The translations under genes were made by a program, and so were the position numbers. Below, one piece after another: positions 15,092-15,970 of a stretch of 15,970 nt of DNA; position 1 is the stretch's first letter; every line of letters starts with the position of its first letter. Under the pieces are notes generated by a model, which did not search any database, was not told the origin of the DNA, and worked only from the letters and a program-made list of their open reading frames with translations. Origin of the DNA: a virus. Lineage: Duplodnaviria > Heunggongvirae > Uroviricota > Caudoviricetes. The stretch covers positions 1 through 15,970 of the IMG/VR virus record IMGVR_UViG_2778261276_000005. One strand, given 5' to 3'.

Positions 15092-15894
15092 GTATGGAGC
15101 TGATGGTTAAAGCGATGAAAATTCGAGTGGGTAATCCATTACGAAAACTGGTTCTGATCAAGCTGGCTGATAATGCCAGCGATCAGGGTGAGTGCTGGCC
15201 CAGCTACCAGCATATTGCTGACCAGTGCGAGATTAGCAAACGTTCTGTGATGAATCATATTGCGGCCCTTTGTGAGTCCGGGCTGGTAAAAAAAGTCACC
15301 CGGAAAGGTGAAAAAGGTAACTCAAGTAATATCTATCTCCTTCATCTGGATGGTGCAGGAGATTCACTAGGGGGTAGTGCAAATAATTCACTATCTGGTG
15401 CAGCAAATTCACCAGGTAGTGCAGGAGTTGCACCAGGGGGTAGTGCAGGAGATTCACCCAGAACCAGTCACTCTTTTGAACCAGTCAATGAACCAATAGC
15501 TGTTGGTGCATCTGCTGATGAGTCTGTGCGAGTTCGTTCAAACCGACCGGAATACTCTCCGGAGTTTGAGCAGGCATGGCTGGCATACCCCAAACGTGCT
15601 GGTGGCAATTCAAAATCTGCAGCCTTCAAAGCCTGGAAAGCCCGTTTGAATGAGGGGGTAAAACCCGAAACCATGCTGGAAGGTGTGAAACGCTACGCGG
15701 GCTGGGTATCTGCGATGGCTAACAGCGGAACACAATTTGTGAAACAGGCTGTCACGTTCTTTGGTCCGGATCGTCATTTCGAAGAATCCTGGGAAGTTCC
15801 TGCGGTATCTGCAGCCAGACGCGAGGACCCGTACTTCAAAGCCAGTTACGACAACGTGGACTACAGCCAGATCCCGGCAGGATTCAGGGGGTAA
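15088..15894 (+). CDS. Replication initiator, lambda O-like (N-terminal HTH, low-complexity linker, C-terminal domain)
   Basis: HTH region LRKLVLIKLADNASDQGECWPSYQHIADQCEISKRSVMNHIAAL; start ATG at 15088 has GGAGG upstream (the ORF track starts at 15049); contains in-frame direct repeats at 15354-15467. Confidence 0.7.
   Translation: MSMELMVKAMKIRVGNPLRKLVLIKLADNASDQGECWPSYQHIADQCEISKRSVMNHIAALCESGLVKKVTRKGEKGNSSNIYLLHLDGAGDSLGGSANNSLSGAANSPGSAGVAPGGSAGDSPRTSHSFEPVNEPIAVGASADESVRVRSNRPEYSPEFEQAWLAYPKRAGGNSKSAAFKAWKARLNEGVKPETMLEGVKRYAGWVSAMANSGTQFVKQAVTFFGPDRHFEESWEVPAVSAARREDPYFKASYDNVDYSQIPAGFRG
15354..15467. repeat. Five tandem imperfect 21-24-bp direct repeats (iteron-like; candidate origin of replication inside the O-like gene)
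   Basis: TGCAGGAGATTCACTAGGGGGTAG / TGCAAATAATTCACTATCTGG / TGCAGCAAATTCACCAGGTAG / TGCAGGAGTTGCACCAGGGGGTAG / TGCAGGAGATTCACCCAGAACCAG; every unit length is a multiple of 3. Confidence 0.5.
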
Positions 15895-15896
15895 TC

Positions 15897-15970
15897 ATGA
15901 GTCTTTTGAATGAAGTTCAGAAATTCATTGAAGCCCATCCGGGGTGTACTTCCGGAGACATTGCGGATGC
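15897..15970 (+). CDS. 5' end of the next rightward gene (partial; possibly the replication partner of the O-like gene)
   Basis: ATG at 15897 preceded by GGGGG 5 nt upstream, directly after the O-like stop; encodes MSLLNEVQKFIEAHPGCTSGDIAD..., running off the window. Confidence 0.4.
   Translation, partial: MSLLNEVQKFIEAHPGCTSGDIAD

Larger units (their letters stand above)
7332..15970. mobile_element. Lambdoid prophage, left arm (attL region, int, xis, early-left operon, immunity region, early-right/replication genes); continues past the right edge of the window
   Basis: Canonical gene order int-xis-early left genes-cI / cro-cII-like-Rha-O-like with divergent transcription from the cI-cro intergenic region; the att core is probably within 7332-7521 but cannot be located without the other end. 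Confidence 0.8.

Noticed and set aside
13844-15674. ORFs 13844-14056 (-), 14044-14232 (+), 14557-14829 (+) and 15468-15674 (-)
   Set aside because: Alternative frames inside the Rha and O-like genes; the last one is created by the Gly/Ala-rich repeat region read on the opposite strand.
1-15970. CRISPR array, rRNA or intact tRNA gene
   Set aside because: No regularly spaced short repeats with unique spacers; no cloverleaf-like sequence beyond the 31-nt tmRNA 3'-end fragment.

Overview
Mosaic accessory region of an enterobacterial (E. coli-like) chromosome, built from at least three horizontally acquired modules. No database search was run; all calls come from motif recognition by eye. (1) 1-5254: the integrase end of an island with a P4-family tyrosine integrase (3828-5057, minus), bounded by a 31-nt copy of the tmRNA (ssrA) 3' end (5224-5254). 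Its cargo slot holds a strongly AT-rich, translationally coupled operon: a large serine recombinase plus two paralogous 298-aa ParB/Srx-fold proteins (210-3545). I do not recognise this as any named system; it is my lead candidate for something undescribed. (2) 5380-7331: an AT-rich two-gene module, Walker A/B ATPase plus RloB-like protein, resembling AbiL-type abortive-infection systems. (3) 7332-15970: left arm of a lambdoid prophage with lambda-like int/xis, a leftward early operon including an HD phosphohydrolase, a ~700-bp structured non-coding leader with an intrinsic terminator, a LexA-like cI repressor with shared 15-bp operator palindromes, divergent cro, a cII-like gene, a Rha-domain regulator, and an O-like replication gene carrying in-frame iteron-like repeats. 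No rRNA, intact tRNA or CRISPR array was seen. Several ORF-track starts look over-extended and were trimmed to the first start with a ribosome-binding site.
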